Assembly: GCF_028368995.1 (NCBI RefSeq)
Contig: NZ_JAQNDL010000003.1
Span: 2,784,001-2,848,000 of the forward strand
Source: Nannocystis bainbridge
Lineage (GTDB): Bacteria > Myxococcota_A > Polyangia > Nannocystales > Nannocystaceae
Length of the DNA stretch: 64,000 nucleotides
Direction: 5' to 3'
The notes beneath the pieces were generated by a model. That model was not told the origin of the DNA and did no database searches. It saw only the letters and a list, made by a program, of their open reading frames with translations. Numbering within the stretch: the first letter of the stretch is position 1; each line of letters opens with the position of its first letter. Of the stretch, positions 18,514 to 29,636 are shown in pieces. The position numbers and the translations under genes are program-made.

Positions 18514-19539
18514 ATGGAATACCGACGACTCGGAGCATCCGGTCTCAAGGTCCCCGTGCTGAGCTTCGGCACTGGCACCTTCGGCGGCGTGGGCAAGCTG
18601 TTCAGCGCCTGGGGCGACACCGACGTGTCGGCCGCGCGGCGGCTCGTCGACATCTGCCTCGACGCTGGCGTCACCCTGTTCGACAGCGCCGACGTCTATT
18701 CGGCCGGCGCCGCCGAGTCGATCCTCGGCCAGGCGATCAAGGGTCGGCGCGACCGCCTGCTGATCTCGACCAAGGCCACCTTTCGCAGCGGTGAGGGTCC
18801 CAACGACGTCGGCAGCTCGCGCTTCCACCTGATCCAGAGCGTCGAGGCCGCGCTCAAGCGGCTCGGCACCGACCGCATCGACCTGTTCCAGCTCCACGGC
18901 TTCGACGCCGTCACCCCCGTCGAGGAGGTGCTCTCGACCCTCGACGACCTCGTGCGGGCCGGCAAGCTGCGCTACGTCGGTTGCAGCAATTTCTCCGGCT
19001 GGCACCTGATGAAGTCGCTGGCGGTCGCCGACCGCTACGGCTATCCGCGCTACGTCGCCCACCAGGCCTATTATTCGCTGATCGGCCGTGAATACGAGCA
19101 CGAGCTCATGCCGCTCGGCCTCGATCAGGGCGTCGGCGCGGTCGTGTGGAGCCCGCTCGGCTGGGGTCGGCTCACCGGCAAGATCCAGCGCGGCAAGCCG
19201 CTGCCGAAGGACAGCCGCCTGCACGGTTCTGCCGAGTTCGGACCCCCGGTCAGCGACGACCATCTCTTCCGCGTGCTCGACGCCGTCGAGGAGATCGCCC
19301 GCGAGACCGGCAAGACGGTGCCGCAGGTGGCAATCAATTGGTTGCTGCAGCGGCCGACCGTCGCCACCGTCGTGCTCGGCGCCCGCACCGAGGAGCAGCT
19401 CGAGCAGAACCTCGGCGCGATCGGCTGGAATCTCTCGCCGGAGCAGGTTGCCCGGCTCGACGCCGCCAGCGACCAGACGCCCGCTTACCCCTACTGGCAC
19501 CAGCGCGGCTTCGTCGAGCGCAACCCTCCGCCGGTCTAG
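18514..19539 (+). CDS. Aldo/keto reductase
   Basis: MEYRRLGASGLKV, FDSADVYSAG, LISTKA, DLFQLH, GKLRYVGCSN, VWSPLGWG. Confidence 0.95.
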   Translation: MEYRRLGASGLKVPVLSFGTGTFGGVGKLFSAWGDTDVSAARRLVDICLDAGVTLFDSADVYSAGAAESILGQAIKGRRDRLLISTKATFRSGEGPNDVGSSRFHLIQSVEAALKRLGTDRIDLFQLHGFDAVTPVEEVLSTLDDLVRAGKLRYVGCSNFSGWHLMKSLAVADRYGYPRYVAHQAYYSLIGREYEHELMPLGLDQGVGAVVWSPLGWGRLTGKIQRGKPLPKDSRLHGSAEFGPPVSDDHLFRVLDAVEEIARETGKTVPQVAINWLLQRPTVATVVLGARTEEQLEQNLGAIGWNLSPEQVARLDAASDQTPAYPYWHQRGFVERNPPPV

Positions 19540-19604
19540 CGCGCCGGCGCCCCGGGGCAAACATGCCCCGCGACCGGGCGGGGCGGACGTGCGAGCATCC
19601 CCGC

Positions 19605-20051
19605 ATGCAAGAGTGGCTCTACCGCGCGAGCAATGCCAAGGCCGACGCCGCCAAGACCCAGACCATCGTCGACGACTTCGGCTTCATCTGCCGCAGCGCC
19701 TACGCTGACGTGGCCAACGCGCAGATGATCGCCAACGTCGCCAAGGTCGACTTCGGCGACATCATCCACCTCTACTTCATCGACGGCGAGGGCGGCGGCC
19801 GCTCGCTCGGCGCCTACCGCGTCGTCGGTCCCCACAAGCACCCGCGCGGCGCCCTGTTCGGCGCCGCCGTCCCCAAGACCAAGCTGCGCACCGTCGCCGA
19901 CGACGAGCTGCGCGACGTCCTGCGGCCGGACTACGCCGTCGACCCGCGCATCGGCGAGTTCTGCGGCTGGCCCGTCATCCGCGACGAGCAGCCCTCGCCG
20001 AGCTACGTCAAGGACCTGTTCTCCGGCCGCAACACCCTCGTCCCGCGCTGA
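19605..20051 (+). CDS. Hypothetical protein (possible EVE/PUA-like fold)
   Basis: Strong GC3 bias. KVDFGDIIHLYF...LGAYRVV pattern. Confidence 0.7.
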   Translation: MQEWLYRASNAKADAAKTQTIVDDFGFICRSAYADVANAQMIANVAKVDFGDIIHLYFIDGEGGGRSLGAYRVVGPHKHPRGALFGAAVPKTKLRTVADDELRDVLRPDYAVDPRIGEFCGWPVIRDEQPSPSYVKDLFSGRNTLVPR

Positions 20052-20105
20052 CGGCAGACCTTCGGCTCGAATCCCCCGGCCGCGCGGCGCTCCGCCGCGC
20101 GCTTC

Positions 20106-20549
20106 TCACATGTCCGTAGCGACATGCCCGACGGGACATGTCGCAACGGACACATCATCTCTCCGTCCCCGCGCCTGCAAGTCCGCCAGCACCTTCCCCG
20201 CCCACCTCATGAACGCCTGCCCTCGCGCCGCCGTCGGGTCGACCTTCGCCTCCACGCGCAGCCACGCCGCGTCGGTCCGCAGCGAAAAACTCAGCCCTGT
20301 CCCGTCGCTGCTCGGCATCGTCGCCGCGAACGCCTTCGCCCCGCGCTCCGCCTGCGCGGCCGCCTCGGGCGATCCGAAGCGCAGGCCCACGTGGAGCGGC
20401 ATCACCTGCGGGCTGCCGGAGGCGCCCATCGTCGTCGCCAGCGTGAAGCCCGTGCTGCTGGGCGCTGTCGTGGCCACCGTCCCGTAGTCGCGCAGCCCGG
20501 CGCCCCACGCCCCCAGCGACCGGTCGACCGCGGCCACCATCTTCACCAT
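20106..20549 (-). CDS. Hypothetical protein (3' end runs through the repeat array)
   Basis: ORF with plausible codon usage, no recognised motif. Confidence 0.4.
   Translation of the reverse strand: MVKMVAAVDRSLGAWGAGLRDYGTVATTAPSSTGFTLATTMGASGSPQVMPLHVGLRFGSPEAAAQAERGAKAFAATMPSSDGTGLSFSLRTDAAWLRVEAKVDPTAARGQAFMRWAGKVLADLQARGRRDDVSVATCPVGHVATDM
20111..20152. repeat. Three-unit 14-bp TGTCCnnnnGGACA array
   Basis: tgtccgtagcgaca/tgcccgacgggaca/tgtcgcaacggaca. Confidence 0.8.
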
Positions 20550-20742
20550 CTCGGGGCTCGGCGGTCCGCTCGCGCCCCGGCCGCCGCCTCGCTGACCCTG
20601 GCGGCGCGCCGACGTACCACGCCGCTGCGGCGCGTTATCGCGCCGCGTGCGTCCTGCCGCATCGATGAGGCGCCGGTGAACACGAGTTCACCGCCTTCGC
20701 CTCGATCTGTCGGCCGGTTCGTGTCGCTAACAGGACCCGCTT

Positions 20743-21225
20743 ATGCCTGCGCCGAAGCTTTTGCTCGTCGTCCCGCCCGCGACCGTCCTCGCCCACGCAG
20801 CCGCTCGATTTCCCGCCGATCCCGCCGCTCGTCTTCGTTTTCGCGCCGACGCCGACCAGCCCGATTGCTTCTACATCGAAGTCCACTCCGGCGCCTCGCC
20901 GCGCGCCTATCGAGTGTGTGTCTCGCCTGCTCCTGGCGGCTCGCAGCTCGAGTTTCCGCCCGACCTCGGTGACGCTGCCAGCGCCGTCACCGCCGTCTTC
21001 GTCGTCGGCCTCGTCGCTGCCACCTGGCACAGCCTCGGCTTCCTCTCCTTGCTGCTCGCTCTCCCCTCCGCCGTGCTCCTGCGCGTCGCCGCCGAATCGG
21101 CCGCCAGCCGGGCCGAGCAGAGCGAGGTCTTCGCCGCCCTCGTCACCGCCTTCGAGCCCCTGCGCGGCCCTGGCTTCCCGTACCGCGCCGTCCGCGACAC
21201 CCGCCCCCTGCGCAGCGGCGCCTGA
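20743..21225 (+). CDS. Hypothetical membrane protein
   Basis: Two hydrophobic segments, C-terminal GFPYR. Confidence 0.5.
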   Translation: MPAPKLLLVVPPATVLAHAAARFPADPAARLRFRADADQPDCFYIEVHSGASPRAYRVCVSPAPGGSQLEFPPDLGDAASAVTAVFVVGLVAATWHSLGFLSLLLALPSAVLLRVAAESAASRAEQSEVFAALVTAFEPLRGPGFPYRAVRDTRPLRSGA

Positions 21226-21492
21226 CCTCGCTGGATCCGCGCCGGGGCGGCGGCGCTCGTATCGCCTCCTGCCAGCATTCGATCCGCGTGATTTTTTCAC
21301 AGCTCATCCGCGCCTTCGCACATCGCGGGCCCGGACCCACAGCACGTCTATTTTCCTCGATGCGAGTCATCCGGCGGACGACCTCGAGCGGCGCGCATCG
21401 GCCCATCACACCTCGATGTCCCCTGACGCGAATCATCACACCGCGGCCGGCTCGACCGCGACTCCCCGCAATCACCACACCGCCGCCTCCGC

Positions 21493-22137
21493 TCATTCGC
21501 CTGCCACCCCCGACACCGCCACGAACTCGCGCTCGCTGTCGGAGTACGCCAGCTTCTTCGCCCACGTCGTCGGCAGCTCGCCCACCGCTGCGCGCGCGAT
21601 CGACCGGGCCGTCACCACGAAACCGGCCCGCGCGTACGCCTGCACCAGCGCAGTCGCCCGGCCTTCGCCGCCCAGCCCTGGCAGCGCCTGGACCGCCAGC
21701 GGATCGCCGGGTCCGTAGCCGAACACCACCTGCACGGCCGCTCCTGGCTTGCACAGCCCGCGCAGCCGCGAGAGCCCGTCCGCCTCCGGCAGCGCCACCG
21801 CCCGCAGCAGCGAGCCCCACGGCAGCAGCACCGTCAGCGCGTCCGCCAGCCCGGCCAGCTCGCCCGGCGCCCGCTCCAGCGGCAGCACCCCGAACAGCGC
21901 GTTCGTCAGCCCGCCGCGGGCCGGCTTGGCCGCCGCCCGGCGCGACGGCTCGCGCAGCCCCTCCGCGCTCGCGTCGATCCCGATCACCAGCGTCGACGGC
22001 TCGCAGCGCGCGCGGCGGAGCGCGAACGCCCCATCACCTGTCCCGAAGTCCAGGTGCACCGCGCGGTGACGGGCCGCCAGCTCGGCCAGTCATCAACGGT
22101 CGACCCAGTGTTCTTTTTTGCCTTCGACCCGGTGCAT
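21493..22137 (-). CDS. kamB: 16S rRNA (adenine(1408)-N1)-methyltransferase, KamB/NpmA/Kmr family; in-frame TGA-TGA at codons 15-16 (22095-22090); uninterrupted ORF from GTG 22059
   Basis: LDFGTGDG, IGIDA, AAAKPARGGLTN, LLPWGSLLRAV, CKPGA and TTWAKKL are family motifs. The upstream in-frame MHRVEGKK matches the family N-terminus. Confidence 0.85.
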
Positions 22138-22223
22138 CGTCGCCCCAACCGCCTCGCCTCGCGCCCTATTCCGGGCCCTTCGACCCCGCGAGTTCGGCCC
22201 ACCGGCCACGCGGTGTGTCCCCG

Positions 22224-22940
22224 CTACGACGACTCGTTGCCCGTCGACCCGAGCCGCAGCCCGCGGCACGCCAGCACCAGCTTCGCTCGCTGCGAGCCCT
22301 CCGCGCTGGCTTCCACGCGTTCGACGTCGATCCCCGCGATCTTGAATTCCACCCGCGCCAGCACGGGTCCGGACTCGGCGGCCAGGTACTCGAGCGCGCC
22401 CTCGCGATCGACCAGCGACTCCGCCGCCTCCCAGTCCGCCTCGCCCTCGATCGCCAGCTTGACCCGCTGCAGCCCGCGGCGGCCCAGCGTGATCGTCAGC
22501 GCATCGATCTCGGCCACCGGTTGCGGCGCGGGTCCGTGCAGGTGCACCCGGCAGCCTGCGATCGTCGGCGGCTCGCCGCGCGCCTCGGCCCTCGCCGCGC
22601 CGCCCTGCATCTCCGCCTTCTTCGCCTCGACCTCGATCCACAGCGCGCCCACGCCCTCGGCGTCGACCGACGGCAGACCTAGCTCGACCACTCGCGCCCC
22701 GGCGAGCGCCAGCCGCTCGACCTCGCGCCCCTCCTCGTCGAACGCCACGATCGCCGCGTCGCGCCGCTCGTCGTAGAGGCTGCCCTCGACCCACTCCCAG
22801 AACAGCGGCTCCGGCTCGATCAGCAGCGCTCCGTGCCGCTCGCGGAGCCACGGGTTCACGTCGAAGAAACCGTCGCCCGGCGCCCGCACCCAGCCTGCGT
22901 GCAGCGTCTCGTCGAGCTCCAGCGCGTATCGCTTCGCCAT
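22224..22940 (-). CDS. Divergent phage/contractile-injection-system tail tube (gp19-like) protein
   Basis: LFWEWVEGSLYDERRDAAIVAFDEEGREVERLALAGARVVELGLPSVDA resembles the gp19/Afp1-5 core. A second degenerate copy follows (EGALEYLA). Confidence 0.55.
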   Translation of the reverse strand: MAKRYALELDETLHAGWVRAPGDGFFDVNPWLRERHGALLIEPEPLFWEWVEGSLYDERRDAAIVAFDEEGREVERLALAGARVVELGLPSVDAEGVGALWIEVEAKKAEMQGGAARAEARGEPPTIAGCRVHLHGPAPQPVAEIDALTITLGRRGLQRVKLAIEGEADWEAAESLVDREGALEYLAAESGPVLARVEFKIAGIDVERVEASAEGSQRAKLVLACRGLRLGSTGNESS

Positions 22941-23073
22941 CCGCCCCGCCTCTCGTGGCCAGGGTACCACGCTCTGCCGCGGGCGAGCGCGCGCCCGCGT
23001 GCTCCATTCCGCGCTGTGACGGCGGACCGGGCCGCCGGCTAGTGCCATTCGCGCCCGGACTTCCACTTCCGCA

Positions 23074-23101
23074 TGTCCCGAGCGACATGTCCGAACAAAC
23101 C
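23074..23101. repeat. Two-unit 14-bp TGTCCnnnnGGACA array
   Basis: tgtcccgagcgaca/tgtccgaacaaacc, directly after the stop of the 23104 gene. Confidence 0.65.
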
Positions 23102-23103
23102 CA

Positions 23104-23310
23104 TCAACCGCGACGCGGCTTCTTCTCGATCACCCGGAACGTCACCCGCACCTTGCCCGGCCCGAGCGAGCGGCGCGCGTCCATGGCCAGGATCTGCCCC
23201 TGTTCGGCCTCGTGGGCGGCCCGAAACGCCGTAATTTGCGCGTCGAACTCGGCGTCGCTGGTGAACGCGAAGTCGTGGTTCAGGGTGATCTTCTCCGGCT
23301 TCTTCGGCAC
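23104..23310 (-). CDS. Small hypothetical protein
   Basis: GTG start with GAGG upstream, GC3 bias (PKKPEKITLNHDF...). Confidence 0.6.
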   Translation of the reverse strand: MPKKPEKITLNHDFAFTSDAEFDAQITAFRAAHEAEQGQILAMDARRSLGPGKVRVTFRVIEKKPRRG

Positions 23311-23609
23311 CCGTCGTCCTCGCGGCGAACGTAGCCGCCGGCGTAAAACCGCGCAAGCACCTTGCCCGCGATCACGCGCTGCCGAGAATCGGGCCGCTGC
23401 GGCGTACACCGGGGCTGCGGTCATGACAATGCATTTCTCACGGTGTTATCAATCGCCTCGCGGGCGGTCGCTGCGCGATCGTCCGGCGAATGAACGAATG
23501 TCCGGACTGGCGCCGCGGCGGACCGTCTGCGCCGGGCGATCCCGCCGGCCTCGGCCGCGATGCTGCAGCGCACAGCCTGCCGGTCCGCATGCCCGTCAAG
23601 GATCGGAGC

Positions 23610-25294
<1,685 letters not shown>

Positions 25295-25298
<4 letters not shown>

Positions 25299-26662
25299 TC
25301 ATGCGACCCTCCACCCTCAATCGTCGTACCTTCCTCCGCGGCGCCGGCGGGGCCTGCCTCGCGCTGCCGCTGCTCGACATCATGCACGGCTGCGACAGCC
25401 CGACCGCCGGCGTGCTCCCGCAGCAGTTCCGCGGCAAGGGCGGGCCCAAGCGGTTCGTCGTGTTCTGGACCCCGAACGGCACCATCATGAAGGACTGGCG
25501 GCCGAGCGGCAGCGCCGACGCGTACACCTTCGGGCGGATCCTCCAGCCGCTCGAGCCGCACAAGCAGGACGTGCTGGTCCTCGACGGTGTCGACGAGCTC
25601 TCCGCCTACAAGGGCCCCGGCGACGCCCACCAGAAGGGCACCGGCCAGGGCCTCACCGGCACCGAATTGCAGGAGGGTGATTTCGCCGGCGCCGACGGCC
25701 TCTCGGCCGGCTGGGCCGACGGCATCTCCGTCGATCAAGCGATCGCCGACGCCATCGGCAACGACACCAAATTCCGCTCGCTCGAGTTCGGCGTCCACGT
25801 CTACGGCGCCAACGTCGGCTCGCGGATCTCCTACCGCGGCCCCGCCCAGCCGATCCCGCCCGAGAACGACCCCACCGCCGCCTTCGACCGCATCTTCGGC
25901 GACCTCGAGAGCGACCCGGCCGCCCAGGCGCGCAAGATCGCCGAGCGCAAGATCGTCCTCGACGCCGTCGCCGACGACTACCAGCGCCTGATCAAGAAGG
26001 TCGGCGCCGCCGACAAGATCAAGCTCGACGCCCACCTCGCCGCCGTGCGCGACATCGAGATGCGGCTCGAGACCGGCAGCACGATCGGCGGCGCCTGCCA
26101 GCCGCCGGTGCTCGGCGACATCGCGGACCCGAGCAAGGTCGGCAACATCCCCGCCACCGGCAAGCTGCAGATGGACCTGCTGGCGATGGCGCTCGCCTGT
26201 GACTTGACCCGCGTCGCCTCGCTCATGTGGATGAACAGCGCCACTGCCAAGCCGTTCCCGTGGCTCGACATCCCCGAGGGTCACCACGAGCTGGCGCACC
26301 GCGGCGACGGCGACGCCGACGCCCAGGAGAAGCTGACCCTGATCAACATCTGGTACTGCCAGCAGTTCGCCTACCTGATCGAGCGGCTCAAGGCGATCCC
26401 CGAGGGCGACGGCACCGTCCTCGACAACACCCTGCTGATTTGGGTCAACGAGCACCAGAAGGGCAACGACCACGACCGCCACGAGATCCCGTACGTCCTC
26501 GCGGGCAAGGCCGCTGGCGCCATGAAGCCCGGGCGCTGGCTGCAGGTCGAGGGCGACGTCCCGCACAACAACTTGCTCGTCGGCTGCATGAACGCCATGG
26601 GCCTCGAGGCCACCACCTTCGGCAACCCGAAGTATTGCAATGGCGCGCTCGGCCTCGCGTGA
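25295..26662 (+). CDS. DUF1552 (HXXSHH) domain protein, Tat signal
   Basis: NRRTFLRG...LALPLL, SVDQ, LACDLTRV, GHHELAH, VLDNT. Confidence 0.9.
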
Positions 26663-26671
26663 GCACCTCCG

Positions 26672-26699
26672 GCGGTGGCGGTAGAGCCTCCGCCACCGC
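26672..26699 (+). terminator. GC-rich hairpin after the DUF1552 gene
   Basis: gcggtggcgg-N8-ccgccaccgc perfect 10-bp stem. No U tract. Confidence 0.45.
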
Positions 26700-27064
26700 G
26701 CGCGGGCGGACCGCCCGGGCGCGGCGGCTCTGTCCGCCATCCTGGTGCGCCCGCGGTCCTCACCTGCGCACGCGAATCGGGCCTCTCGCGCGCAGATCGC
26801 CGGCGCGCGAGACACGGGCCCCCCTGCGTGCTACCGTGGTCCGTCTTGTTCACGAACTGCGACGGACTGCGGCGAAGAAGCCCCGAATCGTCGCATGTTC
26901 GACAAATTCACGGTCTGCTCGCCGCACCGGCGCCGCCTGACGGCCCTGGCCGGGCTCGACCGCAGGGTTCGCGCGGACGGGCCGGTCGTGAGCGACCGCC
27001 GGCGCGCGGCCTGGGCCGAGCTCGTCCCTGCCCGGCACACCGCCCGCGCGGGCAGGCCTGAGCG

Positions 27065-27505
27065 ATGCAGATCAACGGACTCTCACTCCCTGGCGCATTG
27101 ACCCGGGCGATCGGCGAGCGGCGGTGGCGCCGTCCCGCGGTCGAAGCCCTGCGCCGCGTCTTCCGCGAGAGCCCGGTCCGGGTCCAGCTCTACGACCTCG
27201 AGGCCATGCAGGCCGCCAACCAGCGGTGGTTGGCCGAGAAGGATCCCGCCTACCTGGGTCACTCGGACGACAAGAAGCCGCCGGGCAACATCGACCCCGC
27301 GACCTCGCTGCTGCTCGGGCATCTCGGCCCCCACATGCCGTTCGCGCTCGACTATCGCGTCTCCGGCGAACGGCCCCGGGTCCTGTACCTCCACTCCGGC
27401 GGCGACCAGTGGATCACCGTCGCCGGCGACATCGAACAACTGCTGGCCCGCCTGCAGCTCGACAGGCCGCCGACCGACGACGACGAGACCCCGCGCGTGC
27501 GCTAG
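27065..27505 (+). CDS. SMI1/KNR4 (SUKH)-like protein
   Basis: PFALDYRVSGERPRVLYL...WITVAGDIEQLL. Confidence 0.7.
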   Translation: MQINGLSLPGALTRAIGERRWRRPAVEALRRVFRESPVRVQLYDLEAMQAANQRWLAEKDPAYLGHSDDKKPPGNIDPATSLLLGHLGPHMPFALDYRVSGERPRVLYLHSGGDQWITVAGDIEQLLARLQLDRPPTDDDETPRVR

Positions 27506-27797
27506 CGCGGCGGCCCGCCCGCGGTCCCCTCGCGCACGCTCCCGAGGACCTGGCCGCGTTGCCATCGCCGCGGTCCCGTGCTATCTCCTCGCAGTCATTC
27601 GTTTCTGGCGCACTTGCACGCTCGGGCCTTTGGTCGACTTCGCGTCGCCCGATTGTCATGGGGTTCATTTCCGGCGACGTTGATGGAGCAGCACCAGACC
27701 TTGCTGCGATCTTCGTTCGAGCGCAGGCTCATCGACCGAAAATTTCCCAACACCGGCGCCTCGCGCCGAGAGCCCGATCCAAAGACGAATCACGACA

Positions 27798-28181
27798 ATG
27801 GGTAACCGACTCTTCGTAGGCAACCTCTCCTTCCAGATCACCGACAGCGACCTCCAGCAGGCGTTTCAGCCGTACGGCGCGGTCAAAGAGGTCAAGCTGA
27901 TGACCGACCGCGAGACCGGGCGCTCGCGCGGCTTCGCGTTCGTGGAGATGACGAGCGACGCTGACGCCAAGCGCGCCATCGAGGCGCTTCACGGCGCGTC
28001 CCTCGACGGCCGCCCGCTGCGGGTGTCCGAGGCGGAAGACCGTCGCTCGGGCGGCGGCGGCGGCGGCGGTGGCTACGGCGGTGGTGGCGGCGGCGGCGGT
28101 TACGGCGGCGGCGGCGGTGGCGGCGGTTACGGCGGCGGCGGCGGTGGTCGCAAGCCGAACCGTGGCGGCGACCGCTACTAG
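27798..28181 (+). CDS. RRM RNA-binding protein with Gly-rich GGGGY tail
   Basis: RNP2 LFVGNL, RNP1 RGFAFVEM. Confidence 0.95.
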   Translation: MGNRLFVGNLSFQITDSDLQQAFQPYGAVKEVKLMTDRETGRSRGFAFVEMTSDADAKRAIEALHGASLDGRPLRVSEAEDRRSGGGGGGGGYGGGGGGGGYGGGGGGGGYGGGGGGRKPNRGGDRY

Positions 28182-28190
28182 GCATCGAGT

Positions 28191-28215
28191 CGCTGCGCCC
28201 GTCAGGGGCGCAGCG
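28191..28215 (+). terminator. Hairpin after the RRM gene
   Basis: cgctgcgccc-gtcag-gggcgcagcg perfect 10-bp stem. Confidence 0.5.
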
Positions 28216-28319
28216 TGATCGTTTCGCCGTGCGAGCCCTGGCGACCTGATCGAGGTCTCCCTGGTTCGCCGGCGTGGCAGCGTCCATGACGCTGACCGAG
28301 CGCCGGCGCCTCGCGGACC

Positions 28320-29501
28320 TCAGTCGTCCGCGGAGCGCGTGAGCGTCGGTCCAGCGCCGGCCACGACATCGATCGCCGGGTCGACGCCGAACAGCGTCGC
28401 GTGGTGGATCCACCACACCCAGCACAGCATGCCGAACGGCAGGTACCCGAAGTACCCCAGCAGCGGCATCTCGTACACGTGCAGCACGTTCACGTACGGC
28501 ACGTCGTACTTCCAGAAGTTGGGGTTCTGCGGCGTGCCGTAATAGTTCCACATCTCGCCGACCAGGTAGTTGAGCGCGCACGCCAGCCCGATCAGCACCA
28601 CCGGCGCCCAGTTGCCGCGGCGGATCGCCGAGAAGGGCGTCCACCCGCCCGCCAGCGACACCGACGTCGAAAGCACGACGAGCGGGCTGAGCCACAGCAG
28701 CGGGAACAGCGGCGCCGGCCACAGCACCAGCGCCGCCAGCGAGCCGACGCCGACCCATGACAGGCGTCGCACCGTCGCGCGCGACAGCTCGACCCGCGGC
28801 CCGCGCTCGAACCGGGCCCGCAGCGGCGCGATCGTCGTCAGCAATTGATAGACCACGAAGATCGACGGCAGCACCGTCGTGAACGCCAGGCCGAACCACA
28901 GCAGATAGCCGGCCTGCGAGAAGATCGCGTCGTTGGGGTAGTACCAGTTCGAGCGCGTGAAGTAATTGAGGTACTCGAAGAAGTACCAGCACACGCACGA
29001 GGTCGCGGCGATCGCCAGCACCGCGCCCGGCCGGCGCGACACCAGTGAGGCCCCGCCGGTGCGGCGATAGACCACGCCGTCGAGCGCGAGGATGAAGCCC
29101 CACCACAGCGGCACGAAGCTGAACGGCACCAGCGGCGCGGCCGCCTGCGGCAGCTCGCCCCACATCAGCGCCCACGAGGCCATCGCCAGCAGCGCCCCCG
29201 GCACGCACCACGGCGGCAGCCGGACCGGACGCACGCGCGGCCCCTCGCTCGGCGCCGGCGGGGCGAAGCCGAACCGCTGCGGCGCCGCCAGGAACGAGAG
29301 GATGCCCAGCGCCAGCGCCACGCCGAGGCCGAACACCAGCCCGCTGAAGCCCGGCACGTCGGGGCTCTTAGGCGGCGGGAACGTGCCCCAGGTATCCGGC
29401 ATGTCGCCGTGGACCAGCAGGCGGGTGGCGAGCGGCGTCGCCACCAGGGCGAGCAGACCGAGGACGAGCGGCAGCTTGCGGACCTTCGCGGACAGCGTCA
29501 C
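28320..29501 (-). CDS. Conserved multi-pass membrane protein of unknown function
   Basis: Many transmembrane helices. WYFFEYLN...NWYY, EMWNYY...WKYDVPYV...EMPLLGYFGYLPF. Confidence 0.8.
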   Translation of the reverse strand: MTLSAKVRKLPLVLGLLALVATPLATRLLVHGDMPDTWGTFPPPKSPDVPGFSGLVFGLGVALALGILSFLAAPQRFGFAPPAPSEGPRVRPVRLPPWCVPGALLAMASWALMWGELPQAAAPLVPFSFVPLWWGFILALDGVVYRRTGGASLVSRRPGAVLAIAATSCVCWYFFEYLNYFTRSNWYYPNDAIFSQAGYLLWFGLAFTTVLPSIFVVYQLLTTIAPLRARFERGPRVELSRATVRRLSWVGVGSLAALVLWPAPLFPLLWLSPLVVLSTSVSLAGGWTPFSAIRRGNWAPVVLIGLACALNYLVGEMWNYYGTPQNPNFWKYDVPYVNVLHVYEMPLLGYFGYLPFGMLCWVWWIHHATLFGVDPAIDVVAGAGPTLTRSADD

Positions 29502-29584
29502 CCGCGACCCATACCACGCCCCTCGCCGCCCCGCGACCGCGCGCGAACGCACCGCGCGCAGGCGCGAGCGAACACAGTCAACAA

Positions 29585-29626
29585 TGACCCGAAGGACATG
29601 CCCTTTCGAGCATGTACTTTCGAGCA
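29585..29626. repeat. Three-unit 14-bp TGTCCnnnnGGACA array
   Basis: tgacccgaaggaca/tgccctttcgagca/tgtactttcgagca, 10 bp past the stop of the lamin-tail gene. Confidence 0.8.
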
Positions 29627-29636
29627 TATCAGCGCC

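Noticed and set aside
21400-21485. Short repeated ATCAC(C)ACC words downstream of the kamB-like gene
   Set aside because: Only three short, irregular copies. Too weak to support a call.
22090-22095. Selenocysteine recoding of TGA-TGA in the kamB-like gene
   Set aside because: The positions are not Cys in the family as I recall it, tandem Sec is implausible here, and I could not identify a convincing SECIS. Not formally excluded.
26700-27060. ORFs between DUF1552 and the SUKH gene
   Set aside because: No coherent frame or motif. Probably non-coding.
28050-28148. GGC-rich tandem repeat
   Set aside because: Encodes the ordinary GGGGY tail of the RRM protein.
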